Under the pieces are notes generated by a model, which did not search any database, was not told the origin of the DNA, and was given only the letters and a program-made list of their open reading frames with translations. Source: Pseudothermotoga sp. (GTDB lineage Bacteria; Thermotogota; Thermotogae; Thermotogales; DSM-5069). Taken from it: a stretch of 24,339 nucleotides of DNA. How positions within the stretch are numbered: the first letter of the stretch is position 1; the number at the start of each line of letters is the position of its first letter. The translations under genes and the position numbers were made by a program. Location: NCBI GenBank assembly GCA_041640575.1, contig JBEPZZ010000015.1, forward strand, positions 10,122 through 34,460, given 5' to 3'. Below are positions 1 to 9,828 of this stretch, one piece after another.

Positions 1-804
1 ATCAATATCATGATAACCATAGAGTCTACCAGCATCTCTGTTCAAATAGTATCTGAGGACCTTTTGATACACTCTTTGCATCGTATCTCTTCTGCAATAA
101 ACCCACAGGCCCCATGGAAGACTACCAACCAAAACTGAGATATCAAGCGGATACATCAAAAAATCGATACAAACAAGAAATTCATCATCGTCATCACATT
201 CAACCAAAGCGATCTTAGGATCTGGGCCAAAGATCTTCAGATTACCAAGATGAAAAATAAAGCGATGAAAATTCTTTAATTTGCCTGAAAATACGACAGT
301 CAGTACCTCCTCAAGCGGGCGATTTTTAAGAAACTTGGAAAGGTAAAATAGCTCTTCTTCTTTTGCTGCCTTCAAGAAACCTGTGTCGGTCACTAAAGCA
401 ACAGCAAAAGCAATAAGAATGTCCTCATCCAACTTTTCTTCACCAGAAAGGTCATATAAATTCATCACATTTGCTGTTCTTAATCTTACATGCGCGAAAA
501 CAGCTTTACTCACAAAATCATCATCGTTTGTTTTATGATGATCGTATATGCTGTAATTGAAAACCAAAAATGGCAATTTCTTTGGGTCTGACGTATCATA
601 GATGTTGAACCCAACTACTCTGGGTGGAATGGTATTTTTAACACCGAGTTTTTTCATCAGATTTCGAACTGTTGAATCTGGTTCTGGAATGTAAATTCCT
701 CCACCAAAAATCCTGTATCCCCAGTAAGCACTGGCAAAACCATCGGCATCAGCTCGAATATGAGTGATATGTACAATGGGGGTTTTACCAGAGTGCTGTC
801 TGAT
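1..804 (-). CDS. DHH-family phosphoesterase (3' end runs off the left edge; start probably non-canonical ATC)
   Basis: Manual translation of a minus-strand frame open from 810 to 1, absent from the ORF track: ...PIVHITHIRADADGFASAYW...NIYDTSD...SIYDHHK...ALVTDTGFLK. This matches DHH motifs I (HxxxDxD), II (D), III (DHH) and IV (DTG). Start position is inferred. Confidence 0.8.
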   Translation of the reverse strand, partial: MRQHSGKTPIVHITHIRADADGFASAYWGYRIFGGGIYIPEPDSTVRNLMKKLGVKNTIPPRVVGFNIYDTSDPKKLPFLVFNYSIYDHHKTNDDDFVSKAVFAHVRLRTANVMNLYDLSGEEKLDEDILIAFAVALVTDTGFLKAAKEEELFYLSKFLKNRPLEEVLTVVFSGKLKNFHRFIFHLGNLKIFGPDPKIALVECDDDDEFLVCIDFLMYPLDISVLVGSLPWGLWVYCRRDTMQRVYQKVLRYYLNRDAGRLYGYHDID

Positions 805-3217
805 CCGGATTCACCCTCTTTTTCTTTATTTTTTTCAATTTCTCGCTACTTACAACCCTTAAACGATCTTCAAGTTCACTTTTTGAGGCAATAACGTCCA
901 GAATTTCTCTTGCTCTTTGAACGACTTCCAAAGGTAGACCAGCTATAGCTGCAACATCTATTCCATAACTCTTATCTGCAACCCCGTCAACAACTTTGTG
1001 AAGGAAAATAACTTGTGACCCTTCTTCAGTGACTTCAATGGTTTTGTTAGCAACTCCTTCATAAAGATTTGCAAGCTCAGTTAGTTCAGTGAAGTGAGTA
1101 GCAAAAACACACTTGCACCCTATTTTTGTGTGAAGATATTCCGAGATTGCCCAGGCTATACTTATTCCATCAAAGGTACTCGTTCCGCGGCCAACTTCGT
1201 CCAGAAGGACAAGACTGTCTCTCGTTGCCTGATGAATTATCTTCGCAATCTCATTCATTTCGGTTAAGAAAGTACTCCTACCAGTTGTTATGTCATCTCT
1301 GACTCCCATCTTTACGAAGATTCTGTCAAAGATTGGTAATATAGCTTCTGCCGCCGGAACAAAACTTCCAATCTGTGCCATTAAAGAAACTAATCCAATT
1401 TGCCTGACAAAAGTTGATTTTCCACTCATGTTCGGCCCTGTTAAAATCACGAAACTTTCTTGCTCAGACAAGGTTATATCATTTGGCACAAAGTTCTCCG
1501 TAAACTTTTCAGCAATTGGATGCCGACTCTTTACAAGAACAACGTTCCTTTCGTTGCTGAACCTCGGTCGAGAATACTTGTTCAAACTGGCTGCATATGC
1601 CAAACTTTGTAGGACATCTATCTTCGATATGAAGTCCGCAAGAACGACAATCTTTTCAAGCTCGCTAAGGGCCTTCTGACAAAGACTCTCAAACAGTTCT
1701 TTCTCTCGTTTTTCGAGAAGTTCTTTTGAGTGGAGAATTTTCTCCTCAAATTTTTTGAGTTCCTCAGTCACGAACCTTTCAGCATTGACAAGTGTTTGAC
1801 GGCGGATGTAATTCTGTGGAACTTTCGAAAGGTGAGATTTTGTGACTTCAATGTAGTAGCCAAAAACGCTGTTGTAACCTACTCTAAGATTTGGGATGGC
1901 AGTTTTGACTCTTTCTTGGTGCTCATACTGCTCTAAGAATTTTTCCGAATGATATACAAGTTCTTTCAGTTCATCAAGTTGTTTATCATAACCTTGACGT
2001 ATCACTTGCCCTTCTCCAACAACATTCGAAGGTTCATCTTCAAGGGCTTTTGAAAGTTCTTCACAGAGATTACTAAGACAATCCAGGTTTTCAGCATCTG
2101 AAAATGCCTCGTTTGTAAGGAGAAGTTCTCTTATTCTTGGACAAACCTCTAAGGTTGATTTAAGTGCCACTAAATCTTTTGGCAAAACTTTGTTATATCG
2201 CAACCTACTGGCAATTCTGTGAAGATCCCTAACTGCGCTAAGATATTCTCTTAGTTCATTCAAAAGTATTTGATCTTCAACAAAAGCTTGAACTTTTTCA
2301 AGACGAGCTGAAATCTCCCTTAGATCTCTTAGAGGTTGAAGAATCCAAGTCTTTAAAAGCCTTGATCCCATGGCTGTTTTAGTGTAATTTAGAACATCAA
2401 ACAAGCTCTTTCCTTTTGGCTCAATCAAATTCAAATGTTCTATCGTTGTTGAATCCAAGATCACAAACTTTTCTTCTCTGATGAGTTTTGGAGGCTTTAG
2501 CATAATCTCTTCTGCCATCATGGTATAGCGAAGATATCTAATCGCAGCAGCATAAGCTTTGAGACTTTCACCAAGTTCTAAATGATCGATAGTAACGACT
2601 TTGAATGCTTTTGCGACATCTTGAGCCGCATTGTACGGGCTAAGATGCCAATCTTGAAGTTGTTCAACAAGCACGCCGGAGATGCCATCAAAAGTTGGTT
2701 TCAGGGAAGAATCACAAAGTATTTGCGTAGCTTTTAAAGATTTGATAAAATCAACCGTTGCGTCAAGATTTTCAAAGCTGGCCACCAAACTATCGCCGGT
2801 GGAAACATCTACCACTGCAAGATGGTATTTTTCTGCATCTTTGACAATGACAACCAAGTAGTTATTTGAATCACTTTCCAGCAATTCATCTTCAATCAAA
2901 GTCCCTGGAGTGACAATTCTTGTTACTTCACGTCTGACCAGACCTTTTGCTGTGGCAGGGTCCTCCATTTGATCACATATAGCTACTTTATATCCAAGTT
3001 GAACGAGTCTTTTCAGGTAAGAATTTAAGGCATGATAAGGGACACCTGCCATTGGTGCCCCTTGTCGTTGAGTTAAGACAAGATCCAACGCTTTTGAAAC
3101 GATTTGGGCATCTTCGAAGAATGCTTCATAAAAATCACCCAAGCGAAACAAAAGTATCGCGTCTTTGTACTGAGATTTAATCTTTAAATACTGCTGCATC
3201 ATTGGGGTGAGTTTCAA
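785..3217 (-). CDS. mutS: DNA mismatch repair protein MutS
   Basis: N-terminal TPMMQQY and FRLGDFYEAF (mismatch-binding Phe), Walker A TGPNMSGKST, LLDEVGRGTS, FATHF, SYGI. TTG start after AAGGTGA. C-terminal QTALW resembles a beta-clamp-binding motif. Confidence 0.98.
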   Translation of the reverse strand: MKLTPMMQQYLKIKSQYKDAILLFRLGDFYEAFFEDAQIVSKALDLVLTQRQGAPMAGVPYHALNSYLKRLVQLGYKVAICDQMEDPATAKGLVRREVTRIVTPGTLIEDELLESDSNNYLVVIVKDAEKYHLAVVDVSTGDSLVASFENLDATVDFIKSLKATQILCDSSLKPTFDGISGVLVEQLQDWHLSPYNAAQDVAKAFKVVTIDHLELGESLKAYAAAIRYLRYTMMAEEIMLKPPKLIREEKFVILDSTTIEHLNLIEPKGKSLFDVLNYTKTAMGSRLLKTWILQPLRDLREISARLEKVQAFVEDQILLNELREYLSAVRDLHRIASRLRYNKVLPKDLVALKSTLEVCPRIRELLLTNEAFSDAENLDCLSNLCEELSKALEDEPSNVVGEGQVIRQGYDKQLDELKELVYHSEKFLEQYEHQERVKTAIPNLRVGYNSVFGYYIEVTKSHLSKVPQNYIRRQTLVNAERFVTEELKKFEEKILHSKELLEKREKELFESLCQKALSELEKIVVLADFISKIDVLQSLAYAASLNKYSRPRFSNERNVVLVKSRHPIAEKFTENFVPNDITLSEQESFVILTGPNMSGKSTFVRQIGLVSLMAQIGSFVPAAEAILPIFDRIFVKMGVRDDITTGRSTFLTEMNEIAKIIHQATRDSLVLLDEVGRGTSTFDGISIAWAISEYLHTKIGCKCVFATHFTELTELANLYEGVANKTIEVTEEGSQVIFLHKVVDGVADKSYGIDVAAIAGLPLEVVQRAREILDVIASKSELEDRLRVVSSEKLKKIKKKRVNPDQTALW

Positions 3218-3223
3218 GAGAAC

Positions 3224-3829
3224 TCACCTTCTTTTTGGCTCAATTACTTTATCCACAAGACCGTAGTTAAGTGCTTCGTATGCATCCATGAAGAAATCTC
3301 TGTCTGTATCCTTCTCAATTCGTTCGATGGGTTGACCTGTTTTTTCACTAAGGATGGTGTTAATCAAATTCTTTATTCTTAAAAGCTCCTTTGTAATTAT
3401 TTCAACATCTCTGACTGGGCCTTCGGCACCACCGAGAGGTTGATGCAACATTATTCTAGAGCTTGGGAGAGCATAACGCTTACCCTTAGTCCCGCTTGCC
3501 AAAAGAACTGCGGCCATGGAAGCTGCTTGCCCAACACATATGGTAACAACATCGCACTTCACATATTGCATCGTGTCATAAATCGCCAGACCGGCTGTTA
3601 CTGAACCACCCGGGCTGTTTATATAAAGCTGAATGTCTTTGTCTGGATCTTCAGCTTCAAGGAATAGAAGCTGCGCAACCACAAGGTTTGCCGTATGATC
3701 GTCAATTGGATACCCAAGGAAAACTATTCTATCTTTCAGCAGCCTGGAATAAATGTCGTAGGCTCTTTCATATCGCCCGGTGGTTTCAACAACCATCGGG
3801 ATCAATTGATCACGCTCAATTTTGTGCAT
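3224..3829 (-). CDS. clpP: ATP-dependent Clp protease proteolytic subunit
   Basis: [25 protein letters not shown], catalytic Ser (QAASM), His (MLHQP) and Asp (DRDFFM). Start moved to ATG 3829 because GGAGG lies 9 nt upstream; overlaps the tig end. Confidence 0.97.
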   Translation of the reverse strand: MHKIERDQLIPMVVETTGRYERAYDIYSRLLKDRIVFLGYPIDDHTANLVVAQLLFLEAEDPDKDIQLYINSPGGSVTAGLAIYDTMQYVKCDVVTICVGQAASMAAVLLASGTKGKRYALPSSRIMLHQPLGGAEGPVRDVEIITKELLRIKNLINTILSEKTGQPIERIEKDTDRDFFMDAYEALNYGLVDKVIEPKRR

Positions 3830-5099
3830 TCTCTTTCGCCTCCTCACCCATCTGATTCGGGTGAACCTCGGTTATCTTTGCTTTACTCAAAATTATCTCT
3901 CCAACCTTTGTTCTTAAAAGATTCCATTCAACCTCTTCCTTTAGATCTGTTCGATTCTTCAACAGAGATTTAGCTCTTTCCACAGATATACCCCAACTTG
4001 GAGCTAAAACTTCTGCTTGAGCAAGGATTTCTTCTTCTGTAACTGACAAACTGTGCTCGTTCACCACTTTTTGAATAGCATAAGTCCTCTTTAAATCAGC
4101 AATGTAGAACTGTCTTAAAGCTTGCTTAAATTTCTCAGTATCACCATATTCTTTCAGTAATCTTTGATACTCAGCGGGATCTTTCTTAATTTTTTCAAAG
4201 GCAGATTGAACAAGTTCGTCAAGAGTATGATCGGATATTATTAATTCTGCGGCGTTCGTCAATGCATCAACTGCTTGGTTTACGAGAAATTCTTTCACAT
4301 CATGCTCATAAATCTCGCTCCCCTCTTTTTCGATAACCTTTTTCAATTGATCCAAGGTTTCGTATTCTGTACTCACCATTTTTGCAAGCTCATCAGAAAT
4401 TTCTGGCAAAGTTCTTTTGTTGACCTGAACTATTTCGATTTTATAGTGATAGACGTTCCCTTCGCCGAAATCCTTATTGAATTCGACAATATCTCCAGCC
4501 TTTTTCCCAATAACTTCTGTGACGACTGGTCTGTCATCATCTTGGTGAAGGACATATTCGGTTTCTTTTTGATCAACCAAGACTTTCCCATCTTTTGTTA
4601 TAGTCATTTTGACACGTACTAAGTCTTCGTATTCTGCTGGTCCGTCTTTCGGTTCAACTATAGCGTGAATTTGCTGAAGATCCTTAAGCTTTTGTTCAAT
4701 ATACCTCGCAACTATGTAATCTTTTTCTGGTTTTTTCAACTCTATTTCTTCGAAGGGTTTAAGTACAACCTCTGGGATTTTGTGTATTTCGATACTCAAC
4801 TTAGCACTTTGCCCAGAAAGATCGAAATCAACTAGGATTGGTGGAAGAATAGTTTGTTCCCTTGAAAGTTCCTTCGCGACTTCGTGCCAAAGCAGGTCCA
4901 ACATTTCAGATCTGATCGTCTCGGGATATCTCATTTCAACCAATCTTGAAGGAGCTTTACCTTTTCTGAAACCAGGGATTTCAACCCTCGAAGCCACAGA
5001 TTTTACAGCCTTTTGTCGAACATCATCGGTTTCCGCTTCTGAAAAAATGTAGTCGATAACTAACACGTTTTTGTCTTGTGATTTTGTAGTTTTCTCCAT
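3816..5099 (-). CDS. tig: Trigger factor
   Basis: Ribosome-binding signature [10 protein letters not shown], ~427 aa, immediately upstream of clpP. Start set at ATG 5099 after AAGGAGGT. Confidence 0.93.
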   Translation of the reverse strand: MEKTTKSQDKNVLVIDYIFSEAETDDVRQKAVKSVASRVEIPGFRKGKAPSRLVEMRYPETIRSEMLDLLWHEVAKELSREQTILPPILVDFDLSGQSAKLSIEIHKIPEVVLKPFEEIELKKPEKDYIVARYIEQKLKDLQQIHAIVEPKDGPAEYEDLVRVKMTITKDGKVLVDQKETEYVLHQDDDRPVVTEVIGKKAGDIVEFNKDFGEGNVYHYKIEIVQVNKRTLPEISDELAKMVSTEYETLDQLKKVIEKEGSEIYEHDVKEFLVNQAVDALTNAAELIISDHTLDELVQSAFEKIKKDPAEYQRLLKEYGDTEKFKQALRQFYIADLKRTYAIQKVVNEHSLSVTEEEILAQAEVLAPSWGISVERAKSLLKNRTDLKEEVEWNLLRTKVGEIILSKAKITEVHPNQMGEEAKENAQN

Positions 5100-5143
5100 A
5101 GTTATTTGACCTCCTTGATTTATATACATAAGTATATTACATC

Positions 5144-5169
5144 AAAAAAGCGCCTCCGTTGAGAGGCGC
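5144..5169 (-). terminator. Intrinsic terminator downstream of tRNA-Gln
   Basis: Minus strand GCGCCTC-TCAACG-GAGGCGC followed by TTTTTT. Confidence 0.85.
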
Positions 5170-5184
5170 AGTTGAATTTAAATC

Positions 5185-5258
5185 TGGCTGGGAGGGGAGG
5201 ACTCGAACCTCCACTGGCGGATCCAGAGTCCGCTGTCCTACCTTTAGACGACCTCCCA
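5185..5258 (-). tRNA. tRNA-Gln (anticodon CTG)
   Basis: Reverse complement TGGGAGGTCGTCTAAAGGTAGGACAGCGGACTCTGGATCCGCCAGTGGAGGTTCGAGTCCTCCCCTCCCAGCCA: acceptor stem TGGGAGG/CCTCCCA, anticodon arm GCGGA-CTCTGGA-TCCGC, T-loop GTTCGAG, encoded CCA. Confidence 0.97.
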
Positions 5259-5268
5259 TTGCCATAAA

Positions 5269-5297
5269 ATTATAGCATCATGGGGGATGACGGTCAA
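5269..5297 (-). promoter_or_regulatory. Sigma70-type promoter for tRNA-Gln, overlapping the 3' end of the PBP gene
   Basis: TTGACC-17 nt-TATAAT with extended TG, ~10 nt upstream of the tRNA 5' end. Confidence 0.85.
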
Positions 5298-7071
5298 GAT
5301 TTCCTAAAAACAAGATGACTTTTTTAACTTCTGTGGTTCCCGGCGGTGGATACTGATCAGTCACAACACCGGTTCCATGGATTTCAACGTCGTTAAAACC
5401 CAGATTGTTCAAAATAGCTATGGCATCTCTTAGGGTAAGCCCCTTCATATCTGGCATTACGCCTTTTGGAAAACTTATATTATGCTCTTTCGACAAACTC
5501 AGGATCCTTTTTACTATTTTTGCAAAAATTGGTGCAGCAACTTCACCGGCTAGATATTGATCCGCCGAAGGTTCATCTAACCAAACTAAAATTGTGTACG
5601 TAGGATCAGGCTGAGGGAAAAAACCGACAAAAATTGAGTAATACTTTCCTTCACCTGCTGCAACTTTTTGCGCGGTCCCAGTTTTACCGGCTATTTTAAT
5701 ATTTGGTACTTGAGCTTTAACTCCTGTGCCTCGCTCAATAACTTGGGTGAGAATTTGGGAAATCTGCTCGGTGACCTCCTTACTTAAAAGAACTTTGCTT
5801 TCAGTTTCAGTGTTATCGACAATCGTTGGAGAAATATAAACTCCTTTGTTAGCTAAGGTATTAAAAGCCGCAATAAACTGTAATGGGGTCGTGCCAATCC
5901 CCTGACCTATGGAAACCATTGCAAAATCGATTTTTGACCAATTTTCAGGTTTACGCAGCACTCCAGGGACTTCACCTGCAAGTTGAATACCAGTACAACG
6001 CCCAAAGCCAAATTTTTCCAACCAAGTATAATATCCGTAATCACCGAGTTTTTCCTTCAACTGTCTTGCCAAAAGAATCGTCGCACTGTTGCAGGATACG
6101 ACAAGAGCTTCGGTTAGATCCACGTGATTATGCACATACAAATCTCTCACGATTATGCTGACATCTTCGACTGGTTTGATCTTACCTTCACATTGAAAAC
6201 TAGTCTGTAAGTTGACAACTTTTTCTTCAAGCGCAATTGCGTAGATAATTGGTTTCATCGCAGACCCAGGTTCGAAATATCCCAAAATTGTGTCGTTCCA
6301 ATCTCTGGTGCTTACCATGGCTCGAACTTTGCCAGTTTTGGTTTCCAAAATTATCACACCACCGGAGAGTGCCTTATTTTTTTCGACAGCCGCAATTATC
6401 TCTTCATAAGCTATTCTCTGCAGGTCCAAATCGATTGTAAGCTTGACATCCTCGCCATCTTGTGGTTTTGTCACCGTGTCCAGCGTCAAAGAAAGAGTCA
6501 GAAATCCTTTATATCTTATTTTCAACCTACCATCACTCTTCTTTCTGAGTATCGAGTCCATTTTCTCTTCTATTCCACCGATACCCTTCCCATTTACAAC
6601 CTTCCCTATAACCCTATTCATTCCATAATAGTCGAATCGATTTCTAACGGTTTCATATTCTATAGAAACGAATCTTAGCAGTTCTGTTGGAATTTTTGAG
6701 AGAAGTTCATCACGAACTCTTGATTGCCCAAGTTTTATAAATTTTTGGGAACTTGAAAGCAGCTCTTCGGGCGTGTATGAAAGCCCAAAATTGTTGATCA
6801 ATAACCTTAGTTGTGGTTTCATACTGTCTTTGAAGTTTGACCTAAGGAAATTCACGTCCAGATAAGCGCCATAAACTACTTCATCATAGGCGCAAAGACG
6901 ACCATGTGTGTCGAGAATTCTACCTCTAACGGCTGGAACTCGAAAAGTCCATGAAGGAACATACGAAAGGTTTGAACCTCGCAAAACAAGGTTCAAAATC
7001 ATGATTGCCATGATGGCACATGCTGAGAAAAATATGAACTTTACTCGCGTACTGAGAAGCTTATTTCCCAT
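5278..7071 (-). CDS. ftsI: Class B penicillin-binding protein (FtsI/SpoVD-like transpeptidase) with C-terminal PASTA domain
   Basis: N-terminal TM helix, RGRILD dimerisation motif, SxxK (EPGSAMK), SxN (SCN), KTG (KTGTAQK), PASTA-like MPDMKGLTLRDA...DQYPPPGT. Lies in rsmH-ftsL-PBP order. Start 7071 versus 7089 is uncertain. Confidence 0.85.
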   Translation of the reverse strand: MGNKLLSTRVKFIFFSACAIMAIMILNLVLRGSNLSYVPSWTFRVPAVRGRILDTHGRLCAYDEVVYGAYLDVNFLRSNFKDSMKPQLRLLINNFGLSYTPEELLSSSQKFIKLGQSRVRDELLSKIPTELLRFVSIEYETVRNRFDYYGMNRVIGKVVNGKGIGGIEEKMDSILRKKSDGRLKIRYKGFLTLSLTLDTVTKPQDGEDVKLTIDLDLQRIAYEEIIAAVEKNKALSGGVIILETKTGKVRAMVSTRDWNDTILGYFEPGSAMKPIIYAIALEEKVVNLQTSFQCEGKIKPVEDVSIIVRDLYVHNHVDLTEALVVSCNSATILLARQLKEKLGDYGYYTWLEKFGFGRCTGIQLAGEVPGVLRKPENWSKIDFAMVSIGQGIGTTPLQFIAAFNTLANKGVYISPTIVDNTETESKVLLSKEVTEQISQILTQVIERGTGVKAQVPNIKIAGKTGTAQKVAAGEGKYYSIFVGFFPQPDPTYTILVWLDEPSADQYLAGEVAAPIFAKIVKRILSLSKEHNISFPKGVMPDMKGLTLRDAIAILNNLGFNDVEIHGTGVVTDQYPPPGTTEVKKVILFLGNLDRHPP

Positions 7072-7348
7072 CTTCTTGCATTCTTGCAATTTCGTATTTG
7101 GCGAGTAAAAGTGCCTGTAGCTCTTTCAACTGTTCTAGCTGTAAATTCATCTCACTGATGCGAGATTCAAGAACTTTGTTTTCCTGTGCTAATTTGGCTG
7201 AGTTGGTTGCAAGTCTAACCAGCGGCAAACCTAATACTGCCACGGCTGTGATGAACATGGTGAGTAATGCAATCCTTGGAAGGTTCGATACAAAGGTACG
7301 CGAAATTGTTCTGCTACTCCGCTTCGCTTGTGAATTTACAAGGGCCAA
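7061..7348 (-). CDS. ftsL: FtsL-like cell division protein (short cytoplasmic N-terminus, one TM helix, coiled coil)
   Basis: Hydrophobic IALLTMFITAVAVLGLPLV followed by a leucine heptad coiled coil; position between rsmH and the PBP; TTG start after GGGAGG. Confidence 0.7.
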   Translation of the reverse strand: MALVNSQAKRSSRTISRTFVSNLPRIALLTMFITAVAVLGLPLVRLATNSAKLAQENKVLESRISEMNLQLEQLKELQALLLAKYEIARMQEDGK

Positions 7349-7363
7349 AACCCCTTCCTCCCT

Positions 7364-8242
7364 TCAAATCCGCTCCGCTATTCTCATTTTTGCGCTACGC
7401 GCTTTTGGATTACTCTCAACCTCCTGCAAACTCGGAACAATTGGCTTCTTAGTTAAAACTTTAAACCTCGGATCAGATCTAAACGCTTCTTTAACAAGTC
7501 GATCTTCCAAAGAATGAAATGAAATTACAGTTATCCTTCCTCCAACTTGTAACAAATCCGGAGCACCAGCCAGAAAAATTTTCAAGTTTTCAAGTTCATT
7601 ATTCACAGCTATTCTTATTGCTTGAAAAACACGCGTTGCAAAGTGTCTCTTTCTACTTCGCTTCGCCTCAGGTGGAAGAGCCTTTGCAACAGCTCTTACC
7701 AACTGTTCCGTAGTTTCTATTGGTCTGTTCCTAACTATAAAACTTGCTATACGCCTAGCAAAACGTTTTTCTTCTCCATACTCGAAAATAATCCTACTTA
7801 GCTCTTTTTCATCCCACTCATTTACGATGTTGTAAGCCGTCAAAGGTTGTTTTCTGTTCATTCTCATGTCCAAAGGCCCATCTAACAAGAACGCAAAACC
7901 ACGCTCGCTTTTACTAAGCTGCAGCGTGGACACGCCTAGATCCATCAGTATTCCGACAACTCTTTCAACTTTCAGAGTTTTCAAAATGTTTGGTGCATCA
8001 ACATAGGAAGAATTAATGAGGTAAACTCTGCCAAGTCTTTCATACTCCGCTAGCCTTTGCTCCGCTATAGCCAGTGCTTCCTCGTCCAAATCCAAGCCTA
8101 CAACTATACTGCCTTCTACATTTTTTAAAATAGCTTCAGCGTGGCCACCCAACCCAACGGTACAATCAAGAAAAACACCTTTTAGACCTGTAAAGCTCCG
8201 TAGAACTTCGTTTACCATGACTGGAAGATGTTGAATTTCCAT
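7364..8242 (-). CDS. rsmH: 16S rRNA m4C1402 methyltransferase RsmH (MraW)
   Basis: HLPVMVNE, DCTVGLGGH, DLGVS, GPLDMRM, FQAIRIAVN, ISFHSLEDR, NPKARSAKMR. Confidence 0.97.
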   Translation of the reverse strand: MEIQHLPVMVNEVLRSFTGLKGVFLDCTVGLGGHAEAILKNVEGSIVVGLDLDEEALAIAEQRLAEYERLGRVYLINSSYVDAPNILKTLKVERVVGILMDLGVSTLQLSKSERGFAFLLDGPLDMRMNRKQPLTAYNIVNEWDEKELSRIIFEYGEEKRFARRIASFIVRNRPIETTEQLVRAVAKALPPEAKRSRKRHFATRVFQAIRIAVNNELENLKIFLAGAPDLLQVGGRITVISFHSLEDRLVKEAFRSDPRFKVLTKKPIVPSLQEVESNPKARSAKMRIAERI

Positions 8243-8274
8243 AATAAAATCGCTCCGCTATGGATTCTGTTCAG

Positions 8275-8304
8275 ATTATATTTCATCAGTTTGAAAATAT
8301 GCAA
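8275..8304 (-). promoter_or_regulatory. Putative sigma70 promoter for rsmH-ftsL-PBP
   Basis: TTGCAT-18 nt-TATAAT, ~33 nt upstream of the rsmH start. Confidence 0.55.
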
Positions 8305-8535
8305 ACTAAAGATTCTCAAAAGAAATCGATTTCAAAGGCTCATCAATAGTGAAAAAACGAAGACAATTATAATGGTAATCTGATGTTTACAGGTTTAATA
8401 TAAGTGTTTCTTTGTTACAAAGTACCAGAATAGTTTGTACTTGAACATAAAAAATCTATGGTCACAAGCAGTTTAAAAACCCAGGAAGGAATGACTTTGT
8501 GACAGCTTTTTAGTCTATACCAAATAAAACTTAAT

Positions 8536-9810
8536 TCATGTTCTTCGAGGTGCACCGGCAACCATTTCAGTTTCATTTTCAACATCAGTATTGACTACCT
8601 TTCTATTTAAAAGGGGCTGCAAAACTCTTTCTAAAATACCTTGAACGTAAGCGATAAAAACACCGTAATTCACAATCGGCACCCCCGCTTCCCTAACTTG
8701 TCTGATTCGGCGCATCATTTCTTTTCGATTCAGCATACATGCACCACAATGAATCACCAGGGAATACTCTTCAAGGTTTTCTGGAAAATCTCCTCCACTA
8801 GTGATGTCAATTTTAAGGTTTTTATTTGTTTTTTGCTTTAGCCAGCGCGGAATTTTCACCATAGCTATATCATCATCTTCACGATGATGTGTGCAAGCTT
8901 CAGCTATTAATACCTTGTCGCCGTCTTTGAGCTTCTCAATAGCCTGTGTGCCTTCTACAAGTTCCTTAAGATCTCCTTTGTACCTTGCAAAGAGAATTGA
9001 AAAAGACGTAAGCGGTACATCTAAAGGAGTATCGGCGGCAACTTTATGAAATACTTGTGAATCAGTGATTACAAGTCGAGGCTTAACCTTTAAGGATTCC
9101 AGAGTTTGTTTCAACCTGTCTTCCTGGGTGACAACGGCCATTCCTCCAGCGTCAATTATTTCCCGTATGGTCTGTTGCTGCGGAAGTATAAGCCTGCCTT
9201 TCGGAGCAGATTTGTCAATTGGTACAACAAGTACAACAAAATCTCCGTACGAGATCAAATCTTTTACAATGTACACTTCTTCTTCCTCTTTTCGAGCCAA
9301 TTCAACTATGGTTTTCTTAAGATCTTCTATTCCTTCACCAGTCGCTGCGGATACTTGAAGAACTGGTATCTGCCATTTTTGGCTGTAAAACGACATTGTT
9401 TCTTTAGATACCGGCGATATATCGCATTTGTTGAAGACCGCTACCGCTGGAATCTTTAATTGCTTGAAGGTGTTTAATAATTGTTCTTCCGTTTCATCAA
9501 TCTTTTCAGTGATATCTAACACCAAAATAGCCAAATCGGTTTTCTGAAGAACCTGAAGAGTCCTCTTTTTCCTAAGTTCCCCTACTTCACCTTCATCATC
9601 GATACCCGCGGTATCTATGAAAACAACTGGGCCAAGAGGTAACAACTCCATTGCCTTATACACAGGATCAGTAGTAGTGCCTTTTACAGGTGAAACCAGA
9701 GCAACGTTTTGACCAGTTATGGCATTTATTAAACTGGATTTTCCAGCATTCCTTTTACCAAAAATGGCAATATGTAATCGTTCCGAAAGTGGCGTTTTAT
9801 TAAGGCTCAT
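8536..9810 (-). CDS. hydF: [FeFe]-hydrogenase maturation GTPase/scaffold HydF
   Basis: G1 GKRNAGKS, G2 TTT, G3 DTAG, G4 NKCD, KGRLILPQ, TDSQ, and Fe-S ligand motif CTH...HCGAC. Confidence 0.97.
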   Translation of the reverse strand: MSLNKTPLSERLHIAIFGKRNAGKSSLINAITGQNVALVSPVKGTTTDPVYKAMELLPLGPVVFIDTAGIDDEGEVGELRKKRTLQVLQKTDLAILVLDITEKIDETEEQLLNTFKQLKIPAVAVFNKCDISPVSKETMSFYSQKWQIPVLQVSAATGEGIEDLKKTIVELARKEEEEVYIVKDLISYGDFVVLVVPIDKSAPKGRLILPQQQTIREIIDAGGMAVVTQEDRLKQTLESLKVKPRLVITDSQVFHKVAADTPLDVPLTSFSILFARYKGDLKELVEGTQAIEKLKDGDKVLIAEACTHHREDDDIAMVKIPRWLKQKTNKNLKIDITSGGDFPENLEEYSLVIHCGACMLNRKEMMRRIRQVREAGVPIVNYGVFIAYVQGILERVLQPLLNRKVVNTDVENETEMVAGAPRRT

Positions 9811-9828
9811 TTTCTCACCCCTTGCTTA

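Noticed and set aside
5185..5258. tRNA-Gln as an integration site for a genomic island
   Set aside because: No integrase, no duplicated tRNA 3' end was noticed, and the flanks are housekeeping genes.
8243..8535. 293-nt gap upstream of rsmH as a possible mraZ remnant or sRNA, with imperfect inverted repeats (GTCACAA...TTGTGAC at 8461-8503)
   Set aside because: No MraZ-like translation was seen. The inverted repeats are short and widely spaced, are in the wrong orientation for a Rex box, and lack a clear terminator.
8415..8585. 56-codon minus-strand ORF (MLKMKLKWLPVHLEEHELSFIWY...) overlapping the hydF tail, preceded by GAAAGGTAG
   Set aside because: No recognisable motif, composition looks non-coding, weak RBS, 50-nt overlap with hydF. 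It cannot be supported without homology data.
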